Origin: Octopus bimaculoides
Lineage: Eukaryota
Length of the DNA stretch: 63,378 bases
Reading direction: 5' to 3'
Assembly: GCF_001194135.2 (NCBI RefSeq)
Contig: NC_068981.1
Location: forward strand, 109,376,113-109,439,490
The position numbers were made by a program, and so were the translations under genes. The notes below the pieces were generated by a model. The model was not told the DNA's origin. It worked only from the letters and a program-made list of their open reading frames with translations, and searched no databases. This document shows positions 48,896 to 63,016 of the stretch, one piece after another. Within the stretch, counting starts at the first letter, position 1, and each line of letters begins with the position of its first letter.

Positions 48896-50303
48896 ATTGT
48901 GTGCAAAATAGATATGGAGTACAAATTAAAAAATTATATGCAGACACACATAATATTCAGTGGAAATTCAATAACAATATTGTTTTTTTTTAATTTTTAA
49001 GAATACAATAATGTATAATAGAGAAAAAACACTGAGAAGGCCAAAATACAAGATGTCCTCCAATATAACTAGATATACAAAGTAGCTATGTGTAAGTGAT
49101 CAAGCAGCAACTATTGCTGCTTTCAATATGCAATAACAAAAGCTTGAAGCTAGTCTATTGTTCTCACTTATTAGGCTGTTTGTTATGAAATCACTGAAGG
49201 GTATTAATATTGAAATGTTAGAACAAAGCAATTACAGGGACAAAACATTAACAAACAAAAAGAGTCTAAGGGTCCCTTGAAATAGGAGGGAATATTTGTT
49301 AAAGATGTATTAAGGAGGAGAGGCAGGTATTTCTAAATTTAACTTGAAAATAAATACACATGTATTTTTTATTTTATACAGCTCATTATTCGGTTATTTT
49401 GCCAGTTGTAGTTTTGTTTACAGATATAATTTATATTTTATTCTTGTTATTGTTGTAGTGGATTGGCAAAACTGTTAGCATGTCTGACATCTGTGATATT
49501 CAGCTACAGCCTTTTTCAGCTCAAATCCCACTGTGGTTGATCTGTTTTCCCCTTAATATGTTAGAAAAAAAAAACCCTTTTACTGTGGCATAAAAAGCTG
49601 CCATAGCTCAGTGATAATGCATTTGGTTTCCGATCCATTGTTTGGAAGAAAAAAAAAATTCAAAATAAGAAATCATAACTGAATGTCAGTTGTTAAAAGT
49701 TGATTGTTTTTGCTATTTAATGTAGTCTGCTACCAAAGCTAAGAATAATTAGGTCCAGTAAGTGCCTAAATAAGATTGCTGAAATAAATGTAAACATTGT
49801 AACACAATTTTACAATTAAGTAATCAAGGAAATTAAGTAGAGTTTTGATTAATGGAAATACATCTTCATTAAGTTGTTGATTAAGCTGAAAATTGTTTTC
49901 ACTCCCCATTCTACCAAACAGGTAATCATTATTTGGTCTTTGAAGTCATTTCAGATAAATAGCAGATTAAAATCCATAGCATAGAAATAAAGAATTAGCA
50001 ATCAGGAACTGTTTAACCCTTTCGTTTATGGTAAAGGAAATTGTAAGGTCAAGTGATTTGCATGTATAAAACACACACCCATATACACAAATGCTGAACA
50101 TACTCAATTCTGTATTTTCTGCTAAACTGTATCTTATTAACAACATACAGCCATCCACCAGTAGGAACTGTTAGCCATATGGATTTCTTTGACAAATGTT
50201 TAAGGTTGTGTGTAATTAAATTACATGTTTTGTACAAGTAAACGTTATTAGTTGAGGAATAAATATAGATGAAAATAAATAATTACATAAGATATTTCTT
50301 TAA

Positions 50304-52499
50304 CCCTTCGAATCCAAACCACCCACAGGAATTGAATGCACCACCCTAAGCTCTCAGCGAATTTCACTGAAAAGTTTTAATTTTAGGATACATGCTGAAA
50401 GACATGCTTGGTTCACAACACAAGGGTACAAAATAGAGAAAAATGATAAAATACAATATGTTCAAGTCTTTTTTCACTAATTTACCTCCAACACTGCACT
50501 TTGTTGTGCCAATCATGCCAGCAGTTTGATCCTGGTTTCCCAATACAGAGGAAAACTTTGCAGTGGTTACACCAGAAAATAGTCTTTGTTTTGGCAAGTC
50601 CTTATACTGAGCATTAGGATTTGCTCCCCTAGCCTGCCTATATTTCTCCATTTCTATATTTCAGCACAACAACTGTTTGTGGATGCATGTTCAGCTTGTT
50701 CCACCTCATGCAATCCAATGTCAACCAAACAATCCTCTGCAGTTGCTGGATGATCATGTCTTGCTTGGGGTACTGACTCTCACATCACCAATTAGTTCAT
50801 GACAAAGCTTATGCAAGAAAACATGGAACGTGAAGGTTCTTTTGTTGGGCTGGACATGAGGTTTGTAAAATTCCTGCAAAACAGGCATTATATGATATCC
50901 ACATAAAGAACTTCATCACTAATTGGCATGGTCGTTTGTAATGGCATCAACATTTTTGCAGGCATGTCATTTAGTTGTTTTTGTCTCTTCCTCCTATGAA
51001 GTTATTGTAACTCTTCACTGCTATCGGACAGGGGATAGGTACAAAACAAAATATATGGGGCGTTTGTTCATCCATACCATTGCTGCAACATTCCCACTGA
51101 ACAGAACCATTGATTCCTCTTTTTGAATTTACATGTTAGTTCTTTTGAGACACTTGGGAAAGAGTTTCTGTTGATCAAAGCTGGTCCACATAATCCTATG
51201 CCTTTATCCAATAAATATTCTGCAAGCTCAACTGATGTATAAAATCTGTCCATGAATAGTTCTGGGCCTGATACCCACTCCATCATTTGCACTACGAGAT
51301 TCCCTACGACATCCAAATTATCAACTGCTCAAGCATCCAGTCTCCTTCCAGTGTACACTTCAGCATTCACAATGTAACCATTTGCACTGTCTGTTAGCAA
51401 GAATGACTTCAAGCCCCAATGGATGGGTTTGTCTTTGATGGATAAGGCGTTTTTGGTTGGAATCATGTCTTCATCTAAAGATAGCTCACATTCAAGCACA
51501 AAATGTTTATGAAACCATGGCAAGATATAATAAATAATTAGCTGTGGCTTGTATATTTTATCTTTCTTATTTACATTAGGATCATCCTCATCAACACAAT
51601 ATAACTTTGACCATATAGCTAAAACCTGTCCCTTACCATGACCTGCCCAAATCCTGGAGTTGATGTCAAAAAGCTACCTTTTGTACACCAGTACTGATCA
51701 TATCTATCCTTATGAACTAACATCTCTATGGCAACCCTACAACCAAAGAAGGCCATCATCTCTTTTACTGTTGTGTCATACCATTTTTTTTTGTAGCATA
51801 TTGGACTTAGCAGCCTTGACATGTGCAGCCTTCTTATTACTTTCTCTAACCAAAATGTCCCAAAGCACATCGTCCCAAAATAGGGAAAGGAAATCCAAGG
51901 AGCTACTTTCTCCATTTATATGAGGTGGAATATCCTTTGGGCCTGTGGGGTAGTTAGGACTAAACTGTCATGCTATAAAACCAGCCATATCTCGTCTCCA
52001 GGGAACAAAAATATTCATGTTTACTACTGCCATCAAGCCTCTACCGTGCTCACCACAACACCCCATCTCGTATTAGCCTGGGATATTTGGGCATGCACTG
52101 CAGCATTGTCTACATTAGGTACAAGTTTACCGTGATCACTATCAGAATCACTGGGCAATTCTTCGCTAGTCTCTTTCTCAAAAACACTTTTGTTACCGTA
52201 ATCAGACTCATCTAAATCCTCCTCATCATCAATTAGAATCTGAGCTAGTGCTTCTTCAGCACTGACACATTTTGAAGACATTTTCAGCAAAATTCAAGCA
52301 CTAAATAAGGAATCCACACTAGAATATGTATGCTGAAGACCCAAAATAACACACTCACTAATTGGTTGCTATGTGACTCAAGTGGCTATTTTTATAGCGT
52401 GTAACAAAATGAAGACATGTGGAGTGCCAGTAGACCAGCATTTTGGGAATATACAGCCTTAGTGTAGTGCCAGTGCACTGGCATTTCGGGTTCTAGGGG
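50304..52499 (-). mobile_element. Near full-length degraded piggyBac element (PGBD4-like transposase)
   Basis: TTAA at 50300-50303 and 52500-52503; imperfect TIRs CCCTTCGAATCCAAA and CCCCTAGAACCCGAA; remnants LSLDEDMIP, KPIHWGLK and FMDRFYTS; acidic N-terminus from ATG 52281; Cys-rich C-terminus; frameshifted. Confidence 0.92.
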
Positions 52500-52906
52500 T
52501 TAAACAATATCAAAAAGTTGAACCATTTTAGATAACTGTAATATCTAAAACTGTATTTAATTTTTTTTTTTTTTGAAATTCTATTTTAACAAATTAATAA
52601 ACCAAAAAGATTAAGTAAAATATCTTTGATATATTGTTATATTTAGATCTTCCATGAGTATCATTTAACATAGATGAAATTTGAAACAAGACCAGGCTCC
52701 TAAATATATGGAAAAATTGCAGACAATACAAATTACAGGACAACGTCTTATATATCAATAGGCAGTGGATTAGTGAAATCTTTGAAGTAACATTCAAGAA
52801 CTAGGGGCAATTTAATATTCCAATCAAGCATTTTAGATGTGAGAAGAATTATAGTATAAGACAAGGCAATGATTTAGAAAAAGAAAAAAAAAGTTGATTG
52901 CTAGCC

Positions 52907-52966
<60 letters not shown>

Positions 52967-53613
52967 TATATATATATACACACACACAAAATATTTAACC
53001 TTCTAACAAAGGATAGGGGTTCACACTAACCCAATTTTCATTAAAATTGTTCTTTATAATACTTATGTAACGTCAGTTAAGGAAAACATTAAATATTTTG
53101 AGATTGCATGCAATTAATAAATTCTCTTTGGGTTCTGAGGAAGCACTGAAACTTTCTTGGTTTTGTAAAGTTGAAGTAAATCTTTTTTTAATTGGAATAG
53201 TAGGAAGAATGATGCTGAAATGAGTTCAACACTTCTCGTGATTGACTGGTTTAAAATAGAAAAGGCTAAAAGTGGGAATATTGTTTATAAATGTACAGAT
53301 CAGAGTTTGATGACAAAGGCTAAAGAGGAAATATTGTTTATTAATAGAGATCACAATTAAAAATATTTTAAAAGAGGATCTAAGTGAATAATAAATAATA
53401 ATAACCTAGGTAGCAAGAAAGAATTCACAATCACCTCAAGTTTAATATCTATTTAAAAAGTATGTTATTAGTCTGAGAAGTTGTCAAATAAAACAAAAGG
53501 TTACAAAATGAAGAGTAGTAGAGATGAGACTGCAATATGGTGTGGCAAGTTTGATATTTTCTGAAAACTATTTACACTTTCAAGCGGAATAGACATTATT
53601 TAGTAAAGCATTA

Positions 53614-54082
53614 TCTTTTATCCTTTACGTGTTTCAGTCACTAGAGACTGTGGTGATGCTGGAGCACTGCTTTGAGGAATTCAAGTCAAACTAATTGACC
53701 CCTGGGACTTATTTTCTTTTTAAGCCTGGTACTTATTCTATCAGTCTCTTTTGCCAAACCACTAAGTTATGGGGATGTAGACACACCAACACCGGTTGTC
53801 CATCAGAGGTGGGAAACAAAACACACACGCACACACAGGGCTTCCTGGTGGTGTTGGATCATGTCTGCAAGGATCCTGTGACAGAAGGACGACTTGCCAC
53901 CGGTCGTGTATGGTGGCTTATGAATACAGATGGGAACTGTTCTCACAGATTCTGATCATCCCTTGAAACTTCTATGAACTCACAATAGCAGTCAGCTTAC
54001 CCCCACCCCACCAGGTGACTAAACTTGGAACCATGTGGTTGGGAAGGAAGCAAGCTTCTTACCACACAGCCATGCCTGCACC
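53614..54082 (-). mobile_element. tRNA-derived SINE of a related family
   Basis: Same head and tail motifs as 59655-60000. Confidence 0.75.
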
Positions 54083-57000
54083 ATTATAGGAAAAAAGAGT
54101 AAGGGAGTAAAACAAAACCCACCTTAAGCATAAGAATAATTACTGAAGAAAGAATACAGTCTGATGATATTATCTCATTAGGCATTGCAATTATTATTAA
54201 TGTTGTTGATTAATATAAAAAAGAGTGGGCAGTAATGTTACTTGTAACCTTGACTGATCATTATCAACTCTTTCGGTGGAAATAAATATACAAAAAAAAA
54301 ACTTACTAAATATGTAGATAAACTTAGTGTAGGAGAGTGAATGATAATATTGTTCACTGTAAGAACAGAAAGGATAATATTTGAATCTATATACATAATG
54401 ATACACTATAAGTGAACTGAAAATGCTAGTTAACACTCACATACCTAGAAATTTGTGTAAAAAAGAGAGAACATGAAGGTAAGGAAGAAATACACCAAAC
54501 AGCACCCACATGATATCAGTGATTGCAGAAGAATGTGATTAAAACACCATTTCAGTTGTTGCTGTGACATTTGAAGTGGAGATAATGGTTATATACTATG
54601 AACCAGATATAATTATACACAAGATAAATAAAACCCTATCATTTACTCTCCTAGGATTATTGGCAATGAACTAATTAAAGTGAATGAAGTACAGCTTATT
54701 TTATGTACAATTCTACCATGGTATAGTAGTAAGTTTCAGAGAAAGATTAGTAGTAAAAAAGAAAATCTATCAGATATCATTTCATTTAAACAGTTTCTGC
54801 TTAGAAAGCAAAGTGATAAAAATGAAGGAAAGAAAGTTTCTGCTAAGTTGGAATTGAAATGATAGGAGGAGGTATTATCAAATGTGTGTAGAAGTAGTTG
54901 AGTTTGGGAGAAACTGGGACTGTAAGTAGTAATATAGTGAGGACACAAGTAAAGAAGGAATCAAGTGTTGAGAGAACTAAGCTACCAAGTAATAGTTTTG
55001 TTGTTTTTTATTTTTAATTATGTGGTTTATGGTGTTTCATATCTACTCAGGTGTAAGAATAAGAATAAATAGCTCGTTTCACTTTGGTATGATTTTAATT
55101 GTTACCATCAACAAAAACTCATCAATGTAATAACATAATAGCTGAATTGTCTTCACATCAAGAGGATGCTGCAGACAATTAGAAAATATTGAGTTCATAA
55201 AAAATGTTGTCTATGCAAAGACATTGTCAAAATTTCCTGATTGAGGAATGTTGTATATAATGTATAAAGAAGTAAAAACTAATAAGTATTTTGATCTATT
55301 AACTATTTCTTTTAATTCAGCATTGTTTTACCTTTCTTTATTTTTCTTGAATTATATACCTATATTTTAGGGAATGTACTAGCAGCAATTAAAGAAATCA
55401 ATAGAAAAATGTCAATGTTTTTATATCCTTCTTTAAAACTAACCAATGTGTATAGAAAAAAAGTGGCATTTATGTCATTGCTAACGAGTAGTCTGATCTA
55501 ATCAGTTACTTATGTTAGACATAATAAATACTGGAAAGATCTTGTTTCACAGCCACCGAGTTCTAATCAAACAGATTTATGAACAAAGCCATTTCAACCA
55601 TGCCCATCCCACTTTTTTTCCAGACACTGTATCAAGGACTACATTTTTTATGACAGTAGATGTAATTTGAAGGAGATTAGGCAGGTATTTCTAAAAGTTG
55701 AGCAATCACAAAACAGTTCCCTTGTTGCTTTGTAGTGGAGATATTTTTGAAAAAGGAGAAACATTCAGCTATTAGATGTAACATATTTAAAGTTTAACTT
55801 ACAGCACAGAGTCAACAATATACTATAGGTTTTTTTCAAGAAATTTCTGTGTAGTTTCCCAACCTACTAAAATGAAGCAGCCAAATCTCTCTCAATTTAA
55901 TACTTTCACTTTAAAGTAAGAACATTTTAGTTTCTAAATCGTAGAAGAGCAAACTTCATATTAAAGATAAGAAAATCACTGCTTTAAACATTGATCAAAT
56001 GCATGATATTGACAATTACAGTACTGCAAGTCTTCAGAAGCAATGCTAATCAAGACTATTAAACATAAAAAATAAAATTCTTTTCATAATTTTATCTCCT
56101 TCACTATATACCAAATTTATGGTTGCTGGCAGCACTCCCACATTAGATAACAAATGTAACTCTTTCAGAAACAAACCATAAAATACTTCTGTGGAACACA
56201 CATACACATCATAAGTGAGTTTTGCTTTAGAGTAAATCTAAAGTATTTACCAGCATGCAAACAAGTAATTTCTACTTCAAACAAGGACAATGGAATAGCA
56301 GAAGTGGCTGAGTGTTGGACTAAGTACTATGAAATAGTCTCATGCTCTTTAGCATCTCAAATGTCAAAATTACTGTCAAAATAACTGAACACATGAAGAA
56401 ACCTTACAGTATTTAAGTAAATGAGCTATAAAAGTAGTAATTATTATTTCTAATTTAGGTACACAGCCAGAAATTCTGATGGAGAGGGGTTCAGTCAATT
56501 CTGCAAGAGTCTACCTTCTGTATGTAATCAATAAAAATAAATAATAGTCATAAACTGATGTTCATTCTATTGACTAAATTTCTTTACAATTTCATTAAGT
56601 TAGAAATAAATATTTTCCTTCAGAATCTTCAGTACAATAACTCAGAAAATAAAAGATGTCCTAATAAACTGAAGGACAATTTGAAAGTCAAAATATCTCA
56701 GCCTATTATAATATTTAAAAAATAAAAAATAGATGAGTAACAAATGGTGAAGTTACGTTACTATTTCCTTACATTTTGAGGATCAGATGGAAGAAATTAA
56801 TAAAATCATCTAGAATTTATTCAAGAGAATGAATTTATTCAAGAGAAAGCAATATTTTAGTTATATATATGAGAGAAAAAGGTAGGATGGATTAACAATA
56901 CAGATTGTTTTGTAGATGGATTTTATGGTTAAAAAAATAAATAGGTTAATCTTTAGCCTCTTAAATGGATTTACTGCCAAGGCAACAGTGAACAGCCACT

Positions 57001-59406
57001 GAAACCACAGAGCAAATCATACCAATAAATAGCATTTAAGCAAATGAACTATAAAAATAATTATTTCTAACATAAGCACAAGGCTGACAATTTTGAAGGA
57101 AGGGGTTGGGTTAAGTCAATTACTTTGAACCAGGTATTAGACTGGGTACTTCATCAACCCCAGATGGATGAAAGGCAAAGTTGACCTCAGTGGAATTTGA
57201 AGTCAGAATTGTAAAATTAGACCAAATACTGCAAGGCATTTTATCTTACTGATAAAGAATCAGTGCTTTACTGATTCTGTCAATCTACTGTCTCATCAAC
57301 AACAATAATGGTTTCAAACTTTGGCACGAGGCCAGTAATTTCAAGGAAGGGATAAGTTGATTAGATTGATCCCAGTGTTCAACTAGTGCTTATTTCATTG
57401 ACCCCAAAGGGATGAGAGGTAAAGTCAACCTCAGCAGAATTTGAACACAGAAAGTAAAAATGGACGAACTACCACTAAGCATTTTGCCCAGCATGTCACC
57501 TTAACAACAGCAACAACAACTGACTTAGACACAGGAAAAATACTTTGAGGGATAGTACAAATACTTTGAGGGATGTAATCAATCTCAGTACTTGACTGGA
57601 ACTTACCCCAATCTAGAAGGATGAAACAAAGTTGACTATAAAGGAGGCTTGAACTCACTGGATAAAAATGTAACTAATAATTATGCTTTTAAAGAGAAAA
57701 TCAATGAAAAAGGTATTATCATCTACTTGCAGAATCTCCTTTATATCCATATTAGAAATGAGATGCAATACTGTTCACACAAAGGTGAAGTATTTATTGC
57801 GTCACCTGCTATTTCTATATTGATTGCAGATGTTCTACATTAACTTCATCTACTGATGGTTGCACAGCAAAGATACAGTTGCTATGATTGAGATATGACA
57901 GTGATTCTAACAATATAGACTTGACATGAGTCATAAGAGGAAAACAGCTGTTGCTGTATAGGTTAAGTGAACTAGTTTATTCAACATTTTCAGTATTGAA
58001 TTATTCTCAATACTAAACAGTGCTACACTAAAGAAAAACAAGTGTTATTGATATACATAAGTACAGAGCAAGTCAAAAATCGTTTATCTTTGAGGTCACT
58101 GCTGATGATAATGGAATGGGAAATCTTTGTTGTTAAAGAGGAAACTTCAAAGTTTAAAGTTTGTAGAGTTTCATTTATGATGCAGTAAATGTTTTAATGG
58201 TTTGTTATAAAATTTGAAGCATATTTAAAAATCAAAAACAGTAGTCTCTCTTTTCCTGTTATTTTGTCACTTTGCCTTGCTCTGTTGTATTGTTTTTAAC
58301 CATATCACAGCAAATATCCAAGAGCTAATGTTCTTAATCATATCAAAGATCTAAAACATTTGGCCATACTCAAATACAAGATAAAATCCAGCTCATGAGA
58401 GACACTCAACCTGCTAGAAATGGCAACCAAATTTATCTCAAATTACACATTACTTTCTTTAATAAGGAAATTATTATATTAGATACCTTCAACTGACAAA
58501 GACAAATAAAGTTTCATTCGACATCATCAAAGAGAGAAAACTAAAATATCTTGGGAATTTAATTAGAAAAAGTTATTGAGACCATTGTTACTATTAGACA
58601 AAATGAATGGAAAAAAAGGAAAGAGTAAAGACAGCACAAGGAAAACCAAGATGGTAATCTAAGGTTTTCAATCTACAGAAAGCAAACAATTCTGATAATG
58701 ATTGCACATATTGTGACATAATGGATCATACATGTACTCAAGCAGGGCTGGGAATAAATAACAAATCCAACACAAATGAGTTAATAAAGTTTATATCAGT
58801 CATACAAACAGAATAGTATGAATTCACTACAAGGAAAGCAAATGGATGTTGATGTTACATTGGAAAACTGTTTCTGTACAAGAACTTCCTTTTTGTCTTA
58901 CTTCTCATGGCAACCACAAAACTTCAAACCAGCAAGGGAGCATGACTTGCAAGAAATAGCAGCTGGCTTTCCTTCAATCACATGTCTTCAAAAGAAAGAA
59001 CACACTGAATAATATAGTCCTAGATTTACTACAGAATAGTCACAGCTAAAAATTCATTGACCATAGGTTTGCTTGTTGGGAACTGAACTGAGAGTAGACA
59101 GCAAGAAAACTATACTAAAGACAGCAAGAAAACTATACTTAGTGCTGACCTGATACACTTGTTACTAAATTACATCCAAAGTAATTCATCTGCCTGACAG
59201 GAAAACATTCACTAACCTAGATTCTAGACTACTCCTTTTTACACCTACCTAGAAGCACTCAGCTCACTTCCTTCCATCTCACCGACTGCTACTTATTATT
59301 GTATACTAAATGTTTTCCTCACTTGTCTCTCCTTGGATTTGCATTGCTTCAGAATTCTCTGTCCATACTTTTAAAGTATTTTGTTTGATCTAACATTGAA
59401 CATTAA

Positions 59407-59602
59407 CCCTTTAGTGTTCAGATTATTCTTTCAAATATAAGGCCTATTTATTCACATTGTTTTGAATTAATCTTCATTGCTTTGAGATTTCAGTGAAGTG
59501 ACTATTTATTTTTAGAATGACAGAGTAGGTGTGCGAGGCTGGATTTAGTCAGCATGAACATAAAACAAGTGAAATTTTTGGGCCAGTTTAAATGCTAAAG
59601 GG
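59407..59602. mobile_element. Second copy of the TTAA MITE, opposite orientation
   Basis: TTAA|CCCTTTAGTGTTCAGATT...AATGCTAAAGGG|TTAA; its left end matches the reverse complement of the 37869 end. Confidence 0.85.
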
Positions 59603-59654
59603 TTAAGAAAAATAAAGCTTATAAAACTGCAGATTAGAAATTTACCTTATCACT

Positions 59655-60000
59655 TTCTTTTTTTTCTTTTTCTTGTTTCAGGCATTAGACTGTGGTCATG
59701 TTGTGGGGCACCAGCTTGAAGGATTTTAGTCAAACAAATCAACCCCAGTACTTATTATTTTTTTGTAAAGCCTGGTACTTGTTCTATTGATCTTTGGCCA
59801 AACTGTTAGGTCATAGGGACGAAACACACCAACACTGATTGTCAAGCAGTGGTGGGGGACAAACACAAACGACAAGCTTCTTCTAGTTTCTGTCTAGCAA
59901 ATCCACTCACATGGCTTTAGTCAGCCTGTGGCTAGAGTAGGACTGAACCTGGAATCAAGAGGTTGGAAGACAAATTTCTTACTACACAGCCATGCCTGTA
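59655..60000 (-). mobile_element. tRNA-derived SINE of a related family
   Basis: Reverse-strand head (ggactgaacctggaatc...ctacacagccatgcctg) and tail (tttcaggcattagactgtggtcatg). Confidence 0.75.
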
Positions 60001-60473
60001 CCTATTTACTTGTGTACATCTTCCTTCAAAATTGAAGGATTTGTACATTCACACATAACTATGGCTGCAGTCTTCCCTGAAAACATGTCTGAACAAGGAG
60101 ATATTTTACTTGGAAAGCAAATAATATATGGTCTTATCAAAATATATCATTCTATAGCCAGATTCACCATCAAATAATAGTAACTTTACTCAAAGCACAA
60201 AGGTCTTTTTGCAGCTGAAATATAGTTGATGATAACCAAAAAACTACAGCAGGAAAGATGTCTTGAAGAATTCTGGACCTTATATACATCAGCAAACGAA
60301 ATTACTTAGAACCAAAGGCACTTCTATAAATTTTGACTATCAGTAGAAAACTGAGGAAATAAAACATTTTTGATTGGGAATTGAAACTGAATTACATATA
60401 TAGTTTGATAACCTTGTCCAGTTAATTCTACAATGTGTACTTACTACTCTCATTAGACAAAAACATTCTACGT

Positions 60474-60619
60474 AGCTTGCTTACCAACCACATGGTTCCG
60501 GGTTCAGTCCCACTGCGTGGCATCTTGGGCAAGTGTCTTCTGCTATAGCCTCGGGTCGACCAAAGCCTTGTGAGTGGATTTGGTAGACGGAAACTGAAAA
60601 GAAGCCCGTTGTATATATG

Positions 60620-60652
<33 letters not shown>

Positions 60653-60845
60653 TTGTCCTCCTAGCATTGCTTGACAACCGATGCTGGTGTGTTTATGACC
60701 CCGTCACTTAGCGGTTCGGCAAAAAAAGAGACTGATAGAATAAGTACTAGGCTTACAAAGAATAAGTCCCGAGGTCGATTTGCTCGACTAAAGGCGGTGC
60801 TCCAGCATGGCCGCAGTCAAATGACTGAAACAAGTAAAAGAGTAA
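60474..60845 (+). mobile_element. tRNA-derived SINE (octopus type), CpG-rich and probably young
   Basis: B-box-like ggttccgggttcagtccc; central TA/TG microsatellite; tail ggtgctccagcatggccgcagtcaaatgactgaaacaagtaaaaga. Confidence 0.85.
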
Positions 60846-62740
60846 ATCTGTCCAAATGAGTATTTTGCATGCATCAGGTATAATCAGAACCACCAAGCAG
60901 CTAAATGACAAATGAGACAACATACTCAGACTGCAATAAACTATTGTATGTGAGTGTGCAATGTGGTCCTCCAGCAGATAAGAAGCATCTAGAGCACTGA
61001 ATCTGGTGAATTGTATTCAGTTAGTCAAACAACTACCTACATCCATGAACCTGATAAACCAGTGCTGACCAAAATCTACATAACTAAAAGGTCATTGGCA
61101 GGATTCTACTGTTACAGTGTGTTGATACTTGATAAAAATCACTTCAATTAGTAAATGAAACTCCTAACCCACATATAGATAGCTATGTTTTTGACATTAA
61201 CTTATTGTTAGCATAGGTGAAATTATTGTAGGAAAAGTTTTACAGCAAAATATTCTTTTAACTATTTGACTAGAATGTGACAAACATTTTTTAACAAGAC
61301 AGCTCGAGTATAAAAATATCTTATCGTAGATAAAAGTGATAAAAGACCATAGCAAGTATATGTAGCTACCAGTAGGTCAACTTAGTTCAGTATGTGTGGA
61401 TATTATCTTTTCTAATCAACTCCTGCTTCATTTTGTTAAATCTACTATAAAAGGAAATGGTTTCAATTAATATCTCTTGGTAAATGAGTAGATCAGAGAG
61501 TGAAATATCTACTACTACCAGTACACACAAGAACTGAAGGTGCAGCAGTCAGGTAGTAAACAGGTAAACTTCCATTTCTATTGTAGTAGACAATCCCAAC
61601 TTTCTTTCGTTTTTGTTTTTTTATAGGTGTGCTACAAACAAAGGTAGGGTATAGGTAAATATTTTTCATAAATCTAAATCAAAAAGGAATATTTTAGTTT
61701 CAAACAACAGAAATAATATTTCTTTCCAAATAACAGTTCTATTTTAAAATTACATTACTATACAAAGGAATATTAAATATTAATTTACTCACAAAGCTGA
61801 AATTGTAATTCACACATTTTATTACCAATATTTGTTATTTTGAAAAACAATTACCAAAGAGAAAAGAAATTCACTTTTATGATGGATAAATGCTTCTACC
61901 CACCGGTTGTAAAGTTTGTTTTATGTAGATTTGTGTGGAAAAAAAAATGATTTTATAAAGTTCTATAAAAAAAAAAAAAATGAATATTCCCAGTTATAAA
62001 ACAGGTTATATTCCAGAAACATAGCTGGAACAATATAAAGTATAGCAATTTGTATTACCCTAACATTCAGAACTCAAATCTTATAATGTTACTGTATAAG
62101 TATCACCTACATGCAAGGTTGAAATAAATTCTCTAGCAAAAGAGATCTAAAACTAATAATAATAATATAATAAAAGAAAGAAATCAATATGTGCTCTATA
62201 ATGATTAAGGCTCCACATCCTAGCCATGATAACTGGCCATACCAATACCAGTTGAAGTTCATGGAATTTTTTCAGATTATATCAAACTGTGGCCTTTCAA
62301 ATAGAATCAAAATGAGAACTCAATATTATATTTGTTACAACCTTCAATATTTGTTTAATGAATGGTATTAAGTATATTCTTACTATCACAATATCCTACA
62401 GATCAAGTTCTCATTCTTTAAAAAAAAAAAGCATTTATTTTGGGGGTAGTCAAAATACAAAGTTAATTTTCTCACACCTACAACTTTTTTATCTGTATAA
62501 TTGATAACCCACACCAGAGCAACTTGACAAACTTTTACCAGCAATAAAGTTCCAATTAAAGAAAAAAAAAAACTTCAAGGTAAATCAGTTATTCAGCCAG
62601 GTATCTCAGTTTTCTTTTGTCAAAATAAAGTAGAAAGAAAAATAAAAAAAACAATGTTTTAAGTTTTGCTGCACTACAGTCACAAAAATAGTAACAGCAA
62701 GTTGAAGGACAGCACAAAGTCTAAGCTTTTCAAAAGAGAA

Positions 62741-62784
<44 letters not shown>

Positions 62785-63016
62785 CAGGTTTCATTCAGCT
62801 TTCTTCTAACAAATCCATTTATAAGCAAGGCGTTGACTGAAGGCACTTGCCTGAGGTGCCATGCAGTGGGACTGAACCTGGAACCATGTCATCAGGAAGC
62901 AAATTTCTTAGCATACAGCTATACATTGCCTAACATATATTTTAATAAAAATTTTAGTTAATCATGATAGTAAATAAATGAATTCACTATTTAAATGGAT
63001 TCCTGTACTTTCTCAA

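Noticed and set aside
60474-60540. tRNA gene
   Set aside because: Only a B-box-like SINE head; 5' truncated and no cloverleaf
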